Assembly (NCBI GenBank): GCA_963718615.1
Contig: OY970368.1
Coordinates: 928,001-992,000, forward strand
Direction: 5' to 3'
From: an uncultured cyanobacterium
GTDB taxonomy: Bacteria; Cyanobacteriota; Cyanobacteriia; PCC-9006; JAAUQQ01
Length of the DNA: 64,000 nt
A model generated the notes under the pieces. It was not told the origin of the DNA, did not search any database, and saw nothing but the letters and a program-made list of their open reading frames with translations. The position numbers were made by a program, and so were the translations under genes. The number at the start of each line of letters is the position of its first letter. The stretch's first letter is position 1. This document shows positions 41,176-51,820 of this stretch, piece by piece.

Positions 41176-43584
41176 GTGACTAAGTCAATTGGTGGACCCG
41201 ATCGCACACCGCCAGAGTTGTCCAAGGCTGCCGCTCAAGCTGATGAGATGACGGCCCAGGACCAAGACCTGGTGGATGATAAAGCGGACAAAACGGGCAA
41301 AGAACAAGGCAAAGAGAACAGCAAAGTTCGCCGTCGTGCCCGGAGATCTCGTAAGCGTCGTCTCCCCCCGGTAACTTTGCCACCGGCGATCGCCAAAGTG
41401 GTTAAAATGCGACGGTTTCAAGTTGTTTCCGCAATCGTTGTGGTTTCGGGGGTCGTCGTCGGCGGTTTAGCCTACGGGCGTCAGCAAATGATTGCTGCCT
41501 TGCCCGATCCTAACGGAGCCTTGACCTTTGCCCGTCGGGGCACGCTCACGATCAAGTCTGCCGATGGTCAGGTGCTGCAAAAATTGGGTCCTTCCACCCG
41601 CGAAGATGTCCCTCTCAGCAAGCTGCCTGACCAAGTGATCAAAGCCTTTATTGCCGCCGAAGATCGTCGTTTTTATAAACACGATGGCGTTGACTATCAG
41701 TCCATCGCCCGAGCTGTACGGGCCAATCTCACCGCCCAAGGCGTAGTTGAGGGAGGCAGTACAATCACTCAGCAGTTGGCTCGCATTGCCTTCCTAGACC
41801 AAGACCGAACGCTTCAGCGCAAACTGCGGGAAGCGCTGATGGCGCAAAAGCTAGAGCACGAACTGGGTAAGGACAAAATCCTAGAGCGCTATCTCAACCT
41901 CGTATATTTGGGCTCCGGCGCTTACGGTGTGGCCGATGCGGCCTGGATTTATTTTGGCAAAACGCCTGACAAGCTCACCCTATCGGAAGCCGCTACGATT
42001 GCCGGAGTCCCGCCTGCCCCAAGCGCCTATTCTCCCCTGGAAAATCCCGATTTGGCGAAGGAGCGTCGCGGCATTGTGCTGCAACGGATGGTACGAGAGG
42101 GTTTTATTAGCCAAGCTGAAGCCGACCAGGCCAATGCCTCTGAGCTAAAAACCAACTCCCAAATCCCCAAATACTTCAATAGCCAATCCCCCTATTTCAC
42201 CACCTACATTCAAAAAGAGCTCAGCAAGTTTTTGAGTAAGGAAGAAATAGAGGCAGGGGGATTAACCGTTGAAACCAGTCTCAATCTCAAATGGCAAGAT
42301 CACGCTTCTCAAATGGTTGTGGATTTTGTCAACAACGAGGGCTATTACCAAGGGTTCGAGCAGGCCGCGATGGCGATCATTGACCCAAAAACGGGTCAAA
42401 TTAAGGTGATGGTCGGGGGCGCAGATTTCAAAGATAGTCAGTTTAATCGGGTTACCCAAGCCCAGCGTCAGCCTGGGTCAACCTTCAAGACCTTTGTCTA
42501 TACCGCCGGGATTGCGGCGGGCTTTTCGCCCTACGACGTCTATAACGATGTGCCCCTTGAGGTGGATGGCTATAAACCCAAAAACTATGGCGGTAAACAC
42601 GCCGGCTCGATGAATATGATTCGGGCGCTAAGCTCTTCGGTCAATATCATTGCCCTGCGAGTTTTGCTAGATGCGGGATTTAAGCCGACGATCAACATGG
42701 CTCGGGCCATGGGCATCGAATCCAAGCTAGAGCCTACCTATTCCATGGCCCTGGGGGCTTGGGAGGTCAATCTGCTAGAGCTGACGAGTGCCTATGGGAC
42801 CTTGGCCAATAAAGGCGAGCATGTTCAGCCCCACGGCATTGTCAAAGTGGTCGATCGCACGGGCAAAGTTCTCGTGGATGGATCCAAGGAATACAAAGCG
42901 AAAAAAGCGGTAGATCCAGGTACAGCATCGATTATGACCTGGATGCTTGAGCAAGTGGTTGAAGCGGGGACCGGTGGACCTGCCTATTTGAGCGATCGCC
43001 AGGTCGCCGGAAAAACAGGAACTTCAGAGAAAGCTAGGGACCTCTGGTTTGTGGGATATATTCCGCAGCTTGTCGCTGGTGTTTGGTTAGGCAATGATGA
43101 CAACTATCCCACGGGGGGAACGAGCGGTACAGCAGCCTCCCTTTGGCATGAGGTGATGAAGGAAATCACCGCAGACCTTGATGTCGAAAAGTTTCCGAAT
43201 TTGCCGAATTTGGATACGCGCAAAGGCAGTATTAAGGCGGAGCCGATCAATCCCAATAGCTTCATTGAAGGTCGCTATGACCCAGAGCCTAAACGAAGCT
43301 ATTCGGACAATTCTGATGATGGCTATTCTAACGATAGCTATGCAGAGGACCCTTACTACGACAATAATAATTCGACGGACAATTATTACGACTCTAAACC
43401 TGAGCCCGAGCCCTACTATGAGCCCGAGCCCGAGCCCTACTATGAGCCCGAGCCCGAGCCCTACTATGAGCCCGAGCCCCAACCTGAGCCTGCTTATGAG
43501 GCACCACCACCCGAGCCTGCCTACGAGGAACCACCCCCGCCACCCCCGCCGCCCCCGTTGCCTGATGCCACTTCGGGTCAATAG
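41176..43584 (+). CDS. Class A penicillin-binding protein (PBP1A family)
   Basis: EDRRFY.H.GVD, GGSTITQQL, RK..E; transpeptidase STFK, SVN, KTG; acidic/Pro-rich tail with YYEPEPEP repeats. Confidence 0.95.
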   Translation: MTKSIGGPDRTPPELSKAAAQADEMTAQDQDLVDDKADKTGKEQGKENSKVRRRARRSRKRRLPPVTLPPAIAKVVKMRRFQVVSAIVVVSGVVVGGLAYGRQQMIAALPDPNGALTFARRGTLTIKSADGQVLQKLGPSTREDVPLSKLPDQVIKAFIAAEDRRFYKHDGVDYQSIARAVRANLTAQGVVEGGSTITQQLARIAFLDQDRTLQRKLREALMAQKLEHELGKDKILERYLNLVYLGSGAYGVADAAWIYFGKTPDKLTLSEAATIAGVPPAPSAYSPLENPDLAKERRGIVLQRMVREGFISQAEADQANASELKTNSQIPKYFNSQSPYFTTYIQKELSKFLSKEEIEAGGLTVETSLNLKWQDHASQMVVDFVNNEGYYQGFEQAAMAIIDPKTGQIKVMVGGADFKDSQFNRVTQAQRQPGSTFKTFVYTAGIAAGFSPYDVYNDVPLEVDGYKPKNYGGKHAGSMNMIRALSSSVNIIALRVLLDAGFKPTINMARAMGIESKLEPTYSMALGAWEVNLLELTSAYGTLANKGEHVQPHGIVKVVDRTGKVLVDGSKEYKAKKAVDPGTASIMTWMLEQVVEAGTGGPAYLSDRQVAGKTGTSEKARDLWFVGYIPQLVAGVWLGNDDNYPTGGTSGTAASLWHEVMKEITADLDVEKFPNLPNLDTRKGSIKAEPINPNSFIEGRYDPEPKRSYSDNSDDGYSNDSYAEDPYYDNNNSTDNYYDSKPEPEPYYEPEPEPYYEPEPEPYYEPEPQPEPAYEAPPPEPAYEEPPPPPPPPPLPDATSGQ

Positions 43585-43639
43585 GACGTAGGTTTAACGC
43601 CTCTGTAGTGCTGTCTGTGTTTATCTTTTTATCGATTGA

Positions 43640-43864
43640 GTGAGCTGCATGTTTTTATCTTTGATATTTGCGATCGCCTCCGAAGCCTCCCGTCCCTTCC
43701 CCAAGCTCTTTGCCTTGGTCTACGGGGTTGGTTTTTTGGCGGCGGTTGTAGGGGGATCTTTGGCTTGGTATAACTCCAAGCGTCCTGCGGGTTGGGAAGA
43801 TGTAGAACGCCCGAGCTTTATCCCTGAGATTAAAACCAAGCTAGACGAGCAAGACAAAGATTAG
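43640..43864 (+). CDS. psb35: Probable photosystem II assembly protein Psb35
   Basis: TM followed by GS.AWYNSKRP.GWED.ERP. Confidence 0.7.
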   Translation: MSCMFLSLIFAIASEASRPFPKLFALVYGVGFLAAVVGGSLAWYNSKRPAGWEDVERPSFIPEIKTKLDEQDKD

Positions 43865-43901
43865 CGAGACTAAGGTGAGCAACACAAGTGCATCCGACGC
43901 G

Positions 43902-43924
43902 GGGACATGGCATTGTCATGTCCC
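43902..43924. terminator. Hairpin between convergent genes
   Basis: GGGACATG-N7-CATGTCCC. Confidence 0.5.
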
Positions 43925-43953
43925 TTAGATTAATAGATTAAGATCAGCATTCT

Positions 43954-44439
43954 TCAGGTAAGGGTTTCTAGACGATCCAGCCAATGGCGATAGATTTTCT
44001 GAACCGATTGCAACATGGCGCTAGGCGAGGGCTTCTCAACGCTACAGGCGGCATCGATTTCCTGGAGATGATTAAGCAGACGAGCCTCTTCAATCTCAAT
44101 GCTGCCATCGCTGTAGACCAGCGCACTGATGGCCTCTAGCAAATCATTGCAAGCCGTTGAATTGGGGCTACTGCCCAAATATTCCTCAATCCAGGCGTAA
44201 CACTGCTCCGGTTTGACTGAAACGAGCTCGTACAGGAAAGGCTTGAGTTCAGGGTCATTTTCTAAACCTTGCTGTTCCGCCAGATGCCGAAGATACTGCC
44301 GTTCTTCAACTTGGATGGTGCCATCAATCCAAGCCGCACCAATGAGAACCTTAAGGAGCATTTTGGTCCGGGATTGCGGGTTCCGGGATTGTGGGTTCCG
44401 GGATTGCATTACCATACTTGCCCTGCTCCTGGAATACAA
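43954..44439 (-). CDS. TerB-like protein
   Basis: LIGAAWIDG.IQ.EER.YL and LVYSDG.I..EEA.LL. Confidence 0.85.
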   Translation of the reverse strand: MYSRSRASMVMQSRNPQSRNPQSRTKMLLKVLIGAAWIDGTIQVEERQYLRHLAEQQGLENDPELKPFLYELVSVKPEQCYAWIEEYLGSSPNSTACNDLLEAISALVYSDGSIEIEEARLLNHLQEIDAACSVEKPSPSAMLQSVQKIYRHWLDRLETLT

Positions 44440-44544
44440 TTGAGTGTTAATACATACTCTTTTAGCCTAGCCTGGGGATCAGAGCTTGGGCCTTAATCCA
44501 CTAGGATTCTTTACACCTTCACAGAAGATTAATGAGACCGCAGA

Positions 44545-45951
44545 TTAATGAGACCGCCGTAACCGCGCCATAAAGAATCCATCCTGATCGCTGCGGTGTG
44601 GCCAGACTTGATACCAGCCTTCAGGGGTGACATAGGCTAGGGCAGGGGAGTTGGCTTGGGGGGGGTCGAGTTTCCAGTGGGGATGGGTGCGTAAGAAGTC
44701 CTGAAGTTGCAGCTCGTTTTCCTGGGGCTGGAGCGTACAGGTGGCATAGACCAAGATGCCCTGAGGCTTTACCCAGGTTGCGGCGTGATGGAGCAAGTTT
44801 TTTTGCAGGTTAACCAGTGGGGCGATCGCCTCCGGTGTCTGTCGCCAGCGAGCATCTGCATGGCGGTGGATTGTTCCTAAGCCTGAACAGGGGACATCGA
44901 GCAAAACTCGATCGGCCCGGTTTTCAAACTGGGGCTGATTCGTGCTGTCGCCTTCGTGAATGCGGATATTTTTGAGCCCGAGACGTTTGGCATTTTGTTT
45001 GAGTTTGCGGAGTCGGGAAGCGGTGCGATCGCAGGCCCAAATCACCCCTTTGTTTTCCATCAGCTCAGCAATATGAGCCGTTTTTCCCCCCGGCGCAGCA
45101 CAGGCATCGATCACCGTTTCACCGGGCTGCGGGTCGAGCAAATGACTGACTAACTGAGCGCTGCTGTCTTGCACCATCCAGTGGCCTTCGGCGAAACCCG
45201 GTAGGGATTGAATGGGTCCGGCAGCTTCCTGGAGGCGGAGGGCTTGAGGTAGGTAGGGCAAACGCTCGACGGGAATGCCGGCGGCTTGAAAGGCAGCTTC
45301 GGTGGTCTCCAGGCTGGTCACGAGGGGATTGATACGCAGGTCAATGCTGGGGGTTTGGTTGAACCAATGGGCGATCGCCACCACTTCGTCGGGGGGCAGT
45401 TGCGATCGCCAGGTTTCAATCATCCAATCAGGATAGCTCTGCTCAATTCCCAAGCGTTGCACCGGGTCTTCGGGCAATTGCAATGGATCCTCACCGGCAT
45501 CCCGCTGACGCAAATACTGACGCAGAAGCCCATTGATAAACCCTGCCAATCCGGTCAGTCCTTCGGTTTTGGCCAGTTCGACGGTGGTATTGACCGCTGC
45601 GGAAGGGGGAATCTGGTCAAGATAGCGCAGTTGATACAATCCTAGGTGTAGCAACAACCGGAGTTTGGGTACCTGCTGGCGGGCTGGCTTTTGGGCCAGT
45701 TGATCGATCAAGGTATCTAGGGTACGCTGGCGGCGAATGCAGCCGTACACCAGTTCTGTGGCCAAGCGGCGATCGGCGGAGCTGAGGGCTGGGTTTTGAG
45801 CTGGATTTTGGGCTGGATTTTGGGTTGATTTTTGAGACTGGGCCAATTTTTGAGACTGGGTCAGGGCGCGATCAAGGGCAACATCGGCATAGGCTCCAGC
45901 TTCTATGGCACAGAGGGCGATAAAGGCAAGTTGGCGGGCAGGTGAGGTCAC
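44545..45951 (-). CDS. rsmB: 16S rRNA m5C967 methyltransferase
   Basis: NusB-like N-terminus, VQD.SAQ, DACAAPGGKT, LLDVPCSG.G, YATCT, DGFF.A. Confidence 0.95.
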   Translation of the reverse strand: MTSPARQLAFIALCAIEAGAYADVALDRALTQSQKLAQSQKSTQNPAQNPAQNPALSSADRRLATELVYGCIRRQRTLDTLIDQLAQKPARQQVPKLRLLLHLGLYQLRYLDQIPPSAAVNTTVELAKTEGLTGLAGFINGLLRQYLRQRDAGEDPLQLPEDPVQRLGIEQSYPDWMIETWRSQLPPDEVVAIAHWFNQTPSIDLRINPLVTSLETTEAAFQAAGIPVERLPYLPQALRLQEAAGPIQSLPGFAEGHWMVQDSSAQLVSHLLDPQPGETVIDACAAPGGKTAHIAELMENKGVIWACDRTASRLRKLKQNAKRLGLKNIRIHEGDSTNQPQFENRADRVLLDVPCSGLGTIHRHADARWRQTPEAIAPLVNLQKNLLHHAATWVKPQGILVYATCTLQPQENELQLQDFLRTHPHWKLDPPQANSPALAYVTPEGWYQVWPHRSDQDGFFMARLRRSH

Positions 45952-45991
45952 AGGTTCGAGGAAAATGGGGAAGAGAGATCATCCTAGCGGT

Positions 45992-48664
45992 TTATCGGGG
46001 CATTTCCAGCGTGCCTCGGGTGACGCCGAGCTGGTTTTGGAGTTTGAGCGATCGCCACAGCGCTTTCCCATCCAGATGACCGGCCAGGAGACGCTGGTAA
46101 GATCGCAGGATTTGGGTGACTTGGTCTGGGGTTTCTTGCAAAAACTCGATGCGGAAATGGTGGAGTCCGGCGGTTCGCAACAGGTCAATGGCCTCGGCAC
46201 CGGTTTGGGCGGTGCTGTTGAAGAGGGTATTGCGGCATCCGGCATCGGCGTGGAGGAGGTGGTCTTTGCCAACGCGATCGCGCAGTTTCACCTCGTGGGT
46301 TTCGCAGGGCCGTCCGCAGTCGCGGAAGTCTTTGCCTTCGGACAAAAAGGCGCAGAAGACGCAGTGCTCCATATGGAACATGGGCATATGCTGATGAATC
46401 GTGACCTCTAGCCAGTCGGGGGGACAGTGGCGAGCCAGGGCTGCGAGTTGCTGGGCGTTGAGATCGTAGGAGGCGGTGAGACGGCTGAGGTTGAACTGTT
46501 GCTTGAAATACTCAGCGGTGAGGGGGTTGGCCACGTTAAGCGAAAAATCGCCGATGCAGGCTTCGGCGGGGAGGTCGGCAAAATAGTCGAGCTGGTCGTA
46601 ATTGCGAATCAGGTAGCCATCGGCACCGGCCTTGCGGATTTGGTCGAGGATGTAGCGTTCTTTGGGCTTCGTAATTCGCGGTGGGGCGAGGAAGAGTTTG
46701 GGAGGGGTGATGGGGTGATGGGGGGATGGGGTCCAGGCGCGGATGAGGGCGACGGCTTGGCGATATTGGGCGGGGTCTTCGAGTTCGCAGTAGAGGGTCG
46801 TGATTCCGGCTTCGAGGGCAGGCCGGAGCTGGGCTAACCGCCGGACTAAGACCATTAGCTCGACCGTTTCATCTATTTTCTGCGGATTCTCCCCTTGCCC
46901 ACCCTGGGGAGAGGGGTCGGGGGTGAGGGGGACTGTTTGTAGATTTGCGGGTGGATTTGCGGGTGGATTCAAGGTCCAACGGGGTAGATCTTTGGCACTT
47001 GCTCCCGCCGATCGCTCCCGCAATTGATCCAACTGCTCCACCAAGGCTCGCCGCATGCGATTCAGCTCGCTCACGGGCAAAATTCCTTCGCCCTCTAGCG
47101 CCACCGTCAGCTCCGCCAACTCGTAGGCCGTATTGCCCAGGCGGCTAAACTGCTGCTGAAGTCGTTCAGGGGTGAGGGGTTGGTTTTGGGCGGGTTCGAG
47201 CACCTGGCTGGATTCGACTTGGACGCTCTGGTTTTGGGGGTCTTGGGCGATCGCCCGCAAAGGCTGTCCCACACCCCCCTGAATTGTTACCCGAATCGGG
47301 CATTTCAGCAGGGCCTTTTCACGGTTTTCACTGCTGTAGGTTTGGCGGATACGGCGGCTGAGGGCGGGATCGCTGGTTTTGTAGAGGCGATCGCCCACCT
47401 GAATCCTACGCAAATCCAAATCCCGCCGCCCGAAGGCCACTAGCGTCTCTTTCCCCCGTGCCTCGACGCCGTAAACGCGCCCCCCCTGTTCTTTCTCCTT
47501 GGCATAATCCCCGGCAAAGACCACGCCATCTCCGGCACTGAGCGGCGCTTCCAGCCGAATCGCAATTTTCGGGTCTTTCCCCGGCAAAATGCGCCGGACT
47601 TGGCCCAGGTAAACGCCCCGCTTTTTGGCAAATTCGCCATGGACCAGCTTCTGGTTATCAATCCCCTCAAACCAACCGGTGTAAAGTCCCCGCGAAAAGG
47701 CCATTTCCAGTTCATATTGAGCCTCGGGATCCGGTTGGCCCAAAGCCTGAAGAGTCACCGCTGTTTCTAAATCCGCCATCACCCGGTCCAGGGCTTCCCG
47801 ATAGACCCGTGTGACGCTGGCCACATATTCTGGGGCCTTGAGCCGTCCTTCAATTTTGAGACAGCTCACCCCCGATCGCACCAATTCCGGCAACACCGAC
47901 AGCCCCGCCAAATCCTGGGGACTGAGGAGATAGCGGCGATCGCCCAACGCCCGCACCTCCCCATCCACCACTAGTTCATAGGGCATCCGGCAAGCCTGGG
48001 CGCATTCTCCCCGATTCGCCGATCGCCCCCCCAGCGCCTCACTGGTCAAGCACTGTCCCGAATAGGCCACACAAAGCGCCCCATGGACAAAGACTTCCAG
48101 GGGGAGGGATTTCCCTGGCCGAACAGCCATCTGGGCCTGAATTTTTTCAATTTCTGCGATCGAACATTCCCGCGCCAACACCACCAGTTCACAGCCCAGG
48201 TTTTCGGCAAACGCCACCCCGGCGGCACTGGTAATCGTCATCTGAGTTGAGGCATGAATCGGGAAATCCGGCGATAGCTGGCGTATCAAGCGACAGAGCC
48301 CTACGTCCTGGACAATGGCTGCGTCTACCCCGGCGGTGATCAGCGATCGCAAATACCCCTCAATCTCCGCCAACTCTTCCGTAAAAATCAACGTATTGAC
48401 CGTTACATAGCCCCTTACCCCTCGTTGGTGTAGAAAGGTCATCAAGTCCGGCAGATCGGCTTCCGTAAAGTTGTGGGCGCGCATTCTGGCATTGAAGCGA
48501 TCGAGGCCAAAGTAAATAGCGTCGGCTCCATTTTCTACCGCCGCCTTGACACAGTCCCAATCCCCGGCTGGAGCCAATAGGACAGGTCGCTGATGGACCA
48601 AAGATCGGTGGTCATTCGCCTCAAATGGGGAAGAATTAGAGGAGAGCACAGAAGCAACATGCAT
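45992..48664 (-). CDS. U32 family protein with DUF3656 (RlhA-like)
   Basis: LLAPAG, GADAIYFG, HASTQ, HGALCVAYSGQC, NRGECAQACR, KIEGRLK. Confidence 0.92.
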   Translation of the reverse strand: MHVASVLSSNSSPFEANDHRSLVHQRPVLLAPAGDWDCVKAAVENGADAIYFGLDRFNARMRAHNFTEADLPDLMTFLHQRGVRGYVTVNTLIFTEELAEIEGYLRSLITAGVDAAIVQDVGLCRLIRQLSPDFPIHASTQMTITSAAGVAFAENLGCELVVLARECSIAEIEKIQAQMAVRPGKSLPLEVFVHGALCVAYSGQCLTSEALGGRSANRGECAQACRMPYELVVDGEVRALGDRRYLLSPQDLAGLSVLPELVRSGVSCLKIEGRLKAPEYVASVTRVYREALDRVMADLETAVTLQALGQPDPEAQYELEMAFSRGLYTGWFEGIDNQKLVHGEFAKKRGVYLGQVRRILPGKDPKIAIRLEAPLSAGDGVVFAGDYAKEKEQGGRVYGVEARGKETLVAFGRRDLDLRRIQVGDRLYKTSDPALSRRIRQTYSSENREKALLKCPIRVTIQGGVGQPLRAIAQDPQNQSVQVESSQVLEPAQNQPLTPERLQQQFSRLGNTAYELAELTVALEGEGILPVSELNRMRRALVEQLDQLRERSAGASAKDLPRWTLNPPANPPANLQTVPLTPDPSPQGGQGENPQKIDETVELMVLVRRLAQLRPALEAGITTLYCELEDPAQYRQAVALIRAWTPSPHHPITPPKLFLAPPRITKPKERYILDQIRKAGADGYLIRNYDQLDYFADLPAEACIGDFSLNVANPLTAEYFKQQFNLSRLTASYDLNAQQLAALARHCPPDWLEVTIHQHMPMFHMEHCVFCAFLSEGKDFRDCGRPCETHEVKLRDRVGKDHLLHADAGCRNTLFNSTAQTGAEAIDLLRTAGLHHFRIEFLQETPDQVTQILRSYQRLLAGHLDGKALWRSLKLQNQLGVTRGTLEMPR

Positions 48665-49099
48665 AGCTCAGTATTGGGCGGTCGAAATTTTCACTCAAAA
48701 ATTAGCAGTTTGGCGCTAGCGCCTTGGACTCGATTCGATCAAATCCTTCTAAAATATCGTCCCATCGATTTACAAGATTGTCTTTGCATTTTGGGGGTAT
48801 CCCCAGATTGGAGTCATCTGCCGCAAAAACCCTGTTTTTTTCTCTTGCACAAAGGACAAAAATTTGTCTTTTATTGCGTACAAACTCTGAGGATAGGAAT
48901 ATTCAAGCGACACAGCCATCTCTTTGAGGTTTTCGTAAAGTCTCTTACGGCTTCTCCGTGATGATAGCTATGATGCTCAGTAACTCCGTCCCATTTTCCC
49001 GATACACCCGATACATTGGAAACGGCTTGACCTGTTAGCTCATTACATCTATTAAAGCAATTTCATCGCAACCAGGTTGCATAGGTCCCAAGAGTAAAT

Positions 49100-50575
49100 A
49101 TGAAAAAAAATACAATCATTATTGGTGCGGGTCCTGCGGGGTTAACTGCGGCTTACGAGCTCTGTAAGCATGGAATTGCCTCAACGGTTCTCGAACAGGG
49201 CGAAAAAGTAGGAGGTATTTCTCGGACAGAAACTTATAAAGGTTATCGATTTGACATTGGTGGACATCGGTTTTTTACGAAGATTGGCGAAGTTCAAACC
49301 CTATGGAATGAAGTTCTAGGAAAGGAATTTATCAAGGTTCCTCGGCTCTCTAGGATTTATTATCAAGGTAAATTTTTTAACTATCCCCTATCGATTGGCA
49401 ATACCCTTCGAAACTTGGGACCTTTCAATAGCGCAGCCATTGGATTGAGCTATCTCAAGGCTCGGCTTCAGGCTCGATTTTTTCCAGGGAAAGAGGCCGA
49501 GAACTTCGAAGATTGGGTGAGCGAACGGTTTGGCCGTCGTCTCTATCGCACCTTTTTTAAGACTTACACCGAGAAAGTGTGGGGAATTCCCTGCGACAAA
49601 ATTCAGGCGGAATGGGCAGCTCAGCGGATTAAGGGGTTATCGCTGAAAAAGGCGGTGATGGATGCGATCGTGGGCAGCAGTGATGCCAAAACCCTAATCA
49701 AGGAGTTTGATTATCCCCTCCATGGTCCCGGCATGATGTGGGAGCGGTTTCAGGAGAAGGTAGAAGCTCAAGGGTCTGAGGTTCAGGTGGAGACGCGGGT
49801 GATTCGCCTAGACCACCACGAGGGCCGGATTCAGCGAGTGATTGCGGAGCGAGCAGGCAAAACCCTAGAGCTGGCCGGTGAGCACTTTGTCTCGACGATG
49901 CCGGTTACGGCCCTAGTTCAGCGGTTGAACCCTGCTCCTCCCGAGAAGATTCTACAGGCGGCTCGCAGCTTGAAGTACCGCGACTTTTTGATTGTGGCGC
50001 TGATTGTCGACCAAGAGGATTTATTTCCAGACAACTGGATTTATATCCATAGCCCCGAGTTTAAGGTGGGTCGTATCCAGAACTTCAAAAACTGGAGCCC
50101 TGCCATGGTGCCCGATGCCCGCAAAACCTGTTTGGGCATGGAGTATTTCTGTAGTGAAGGGGATGCCCTCTGGGAAATGTCGGAGTCGGAGCTGATTGAG
50201 CTGGCGAGCCAGGAGGTCCGGGGCTTGGGGCTGATGGCGGCGGCGACTCAAATCGAAGATGGAACGGTAATTCGCCAGCGCAAGGCCTACCCAGTGTATG
50301 ACGGAGAATACCGTGACCATCTTCAGGTTCTACGGAACTATCTCTGCCAGTTTGAGAATCTTCAAACGGTGGGCCGCAATGGGATGCACCGCTACAACAA
50401 TCAAGATCACTCGATGTTGACCGGGCTCCTCGCCGCAAAAAATATTCTGGGTGAATCCCATGATCTGTGGGAGGTCAATACGGAGCGTTCCTATTATGAA
50501 GATTTCACAAAGGAACAGTGGTCGCAGCTCAAGCAAGCCCAGCAAAAGCGTCAGCAAGAAGCCCTTGCGGCCTAG
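49100..50575 (+). CDS. NAD(P)/FAD-dependent oxidoreductase (glycan-associated)
   Basis: [40 protein letters not shown]. Confidence 0.9.
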   Translation: MKKNTIIIGAGPAGLTAAYELCKHGIASTVLEQGEKVGGISRTETYKGYRFDIGGHRFFTKIGEVQTLWNEVLGKEFIKVPRLSRIYYQGKFFNYPLSIGNTLRNLGPFNSAAIGLSYLKARLQARFFPGKEAENFEDWVSERFGRRLYRTFFKTYTEKVWGIPCDKIQAEWAAQRIKGLSLKKAVMDAIVGSSDAKTLIKEFDYPLHGPGMMWERFQEKVEAQGSEVQVETRVIRLDHHEGRIQRVIAERAGKTLELAGEHFVSTMPVTALVQRLNPAPPEKILQAARSLKYRDFLIVALIVDQEDLFPDNWIYIHSPEFKVGRIQNFKNWSPAMVPDARKTCLGMEYFCSEGDALWEMSESELIELASQEVRGLGLMAAATQIEDGTVIRQRKAYPVYDGEYRDHLQVLRNYLCQFENLQTVGRNGMHRYNNQDHSMLTGLLAAKNILGESHDLWEVNTERSYYEDFTKEQWSQLKQAQQKRQQEALAA

Positions 50576-50586
50576 AGGAGGAGCAG

Positions 50587-51492
50587 ATGGTTGCAAACGT
50601 AGTCCTGCCTTATACCTCAGTAATTATACCGACGTATAATCGACCGGAACGGCTGGGGGCTTGTCTAGGGGCGTTAGCGCGGCTGGATTATCCGGGCGAT
50701 CGCCTCGAAGTCATCGTGGTAGACGACGGCAGCCCTCAAACTCTAGAACCGGTCCTAGCCCCGTTTAACCCTCAGCTCAATCTAACGCTGATCCAGCAAG
50801 CGAATAGGGGTCCAGCCACTGCTCGCAACCGGGGAGCCGCTGCGGCCCAGGGAGATCTGCTGGTATTCACTGACGATGACTGTCTGCCTGAACCAGGATG
50901 GCTACGGGCTTTTGCTGTGTGCTGGCAATCTGCGCCGGGAGCCCTTCTGGGGGGCAAAACGCTGAATGCCTTGGCGGAGAATCTGTATTCCACGGCATCC
51001 CAGCAGTTAATTGATTATCTCTACGACTATTACAACCAGCCGAACCAAGCCATTCAGTTTTTTGCTTCGAATAACATTGCCATGGGGCGCGATCGCTTCC
51101 TCGAAATCGGCGGGTTTGATGTGACGTTCCCGCTGGCGGCGGCGGAGGACCGGGAGTTTTGCGATCGCTGGCTACACCTGGGCTATTCCCTAGAATATGT
51201 GCCGGAAGCCCAAATTCGCCATGCCCATCATCTGACGCTGGGCTCGTTTTGGCGGCAGCATTTTGGCTATGGGCGCGGGGCGTTTTGTTTTCACCAGGTG
51301 CGAGCCCAGCGCAAGGCGGAGCCGATTCAGGTGGAGCCGCTGTCGTTTTATACGGATTTGTTGACCTATCCCCTGAAGGCGAAGTCGAGCCATCCGGGGC
51401 TGTTGGTGTCGGGGCTCTTTTTTCTGTCTCAGGTTGCAACAACAACGGGATTTTTTAGGGAGCGGTGGGGAGCACCTAGATCGTCAACCTAA
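50587..51492 (+). CDS. GT2 glycosyltransferase
   Basis: SVIIPTYNR, VVDDGS, GPATARN.G, FTDDDC, GGFD, ED. Confidence 0.92.
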   Translation: MVANVVLPYTSVIIPTYNRPERLGACLGALARLDYPGDRLEVIVVDDGSPQTLEPVLAPFNPQLNLTLIQQANRGPATARNRGAAAAQGDLLVFTDDDCLPEPGWLRAFAVCWQSAPGALLGGKTLNALAENLYSTASQQLIDYLYDYYNQPNQAIQFFASNNIAMGRDRFLEIGGFDVTFPLAAAEDREFCDRWLHLGYSLEYVPEAQIRHAHHLTLGSFWRQHFGYGRGAFCFHQVRAQRKAEPIQVEPLSFYTDLLTYPLKAKSSHPGLLVSGLFFLSQVATTTGFFRERWGAPRSST

Positions 51493-51820
51493 GGTCAGAT
51501 ACCGCGTGTTTTCAACCCCCCGCTTGAGCTTCCCCCATCTGAGCATTTACATTAGATTGATTGCGGATCGATCCCTTGCGGGCGAAACCGTAATGTTTGC
51601 GATGTAGGCCCAGTCCGGTGCTGTGTGGTTTCCGAGGCCAACCCTGATATCTGGAACGGCATCTCATTGCATCATAGGGCGATCGCCCACCCCCTGCTGC
51701 AACTGGCTCTCGATTACAAAAAATCTTGACAGGCAAGGAATCAAAGCAACGCTAGGATAGGAGCCGAAACCCTCGTTGTGGGGTTTCGCGATCACAACAA
51801 AACCTCTCGCCGTAACCGCC

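Noticed and set aside
43402-43480. 24-bp tandem repeat as a separate element
   Set aside because: In-frame low-complexity tail (YYEPEPEP) of the penicillin-binding protein
51512-51736. 74-aa ORF or ncRNA in the GT2-CDF gap
   Set aside because: No recognisable motif, strong start or stable structure that I can support
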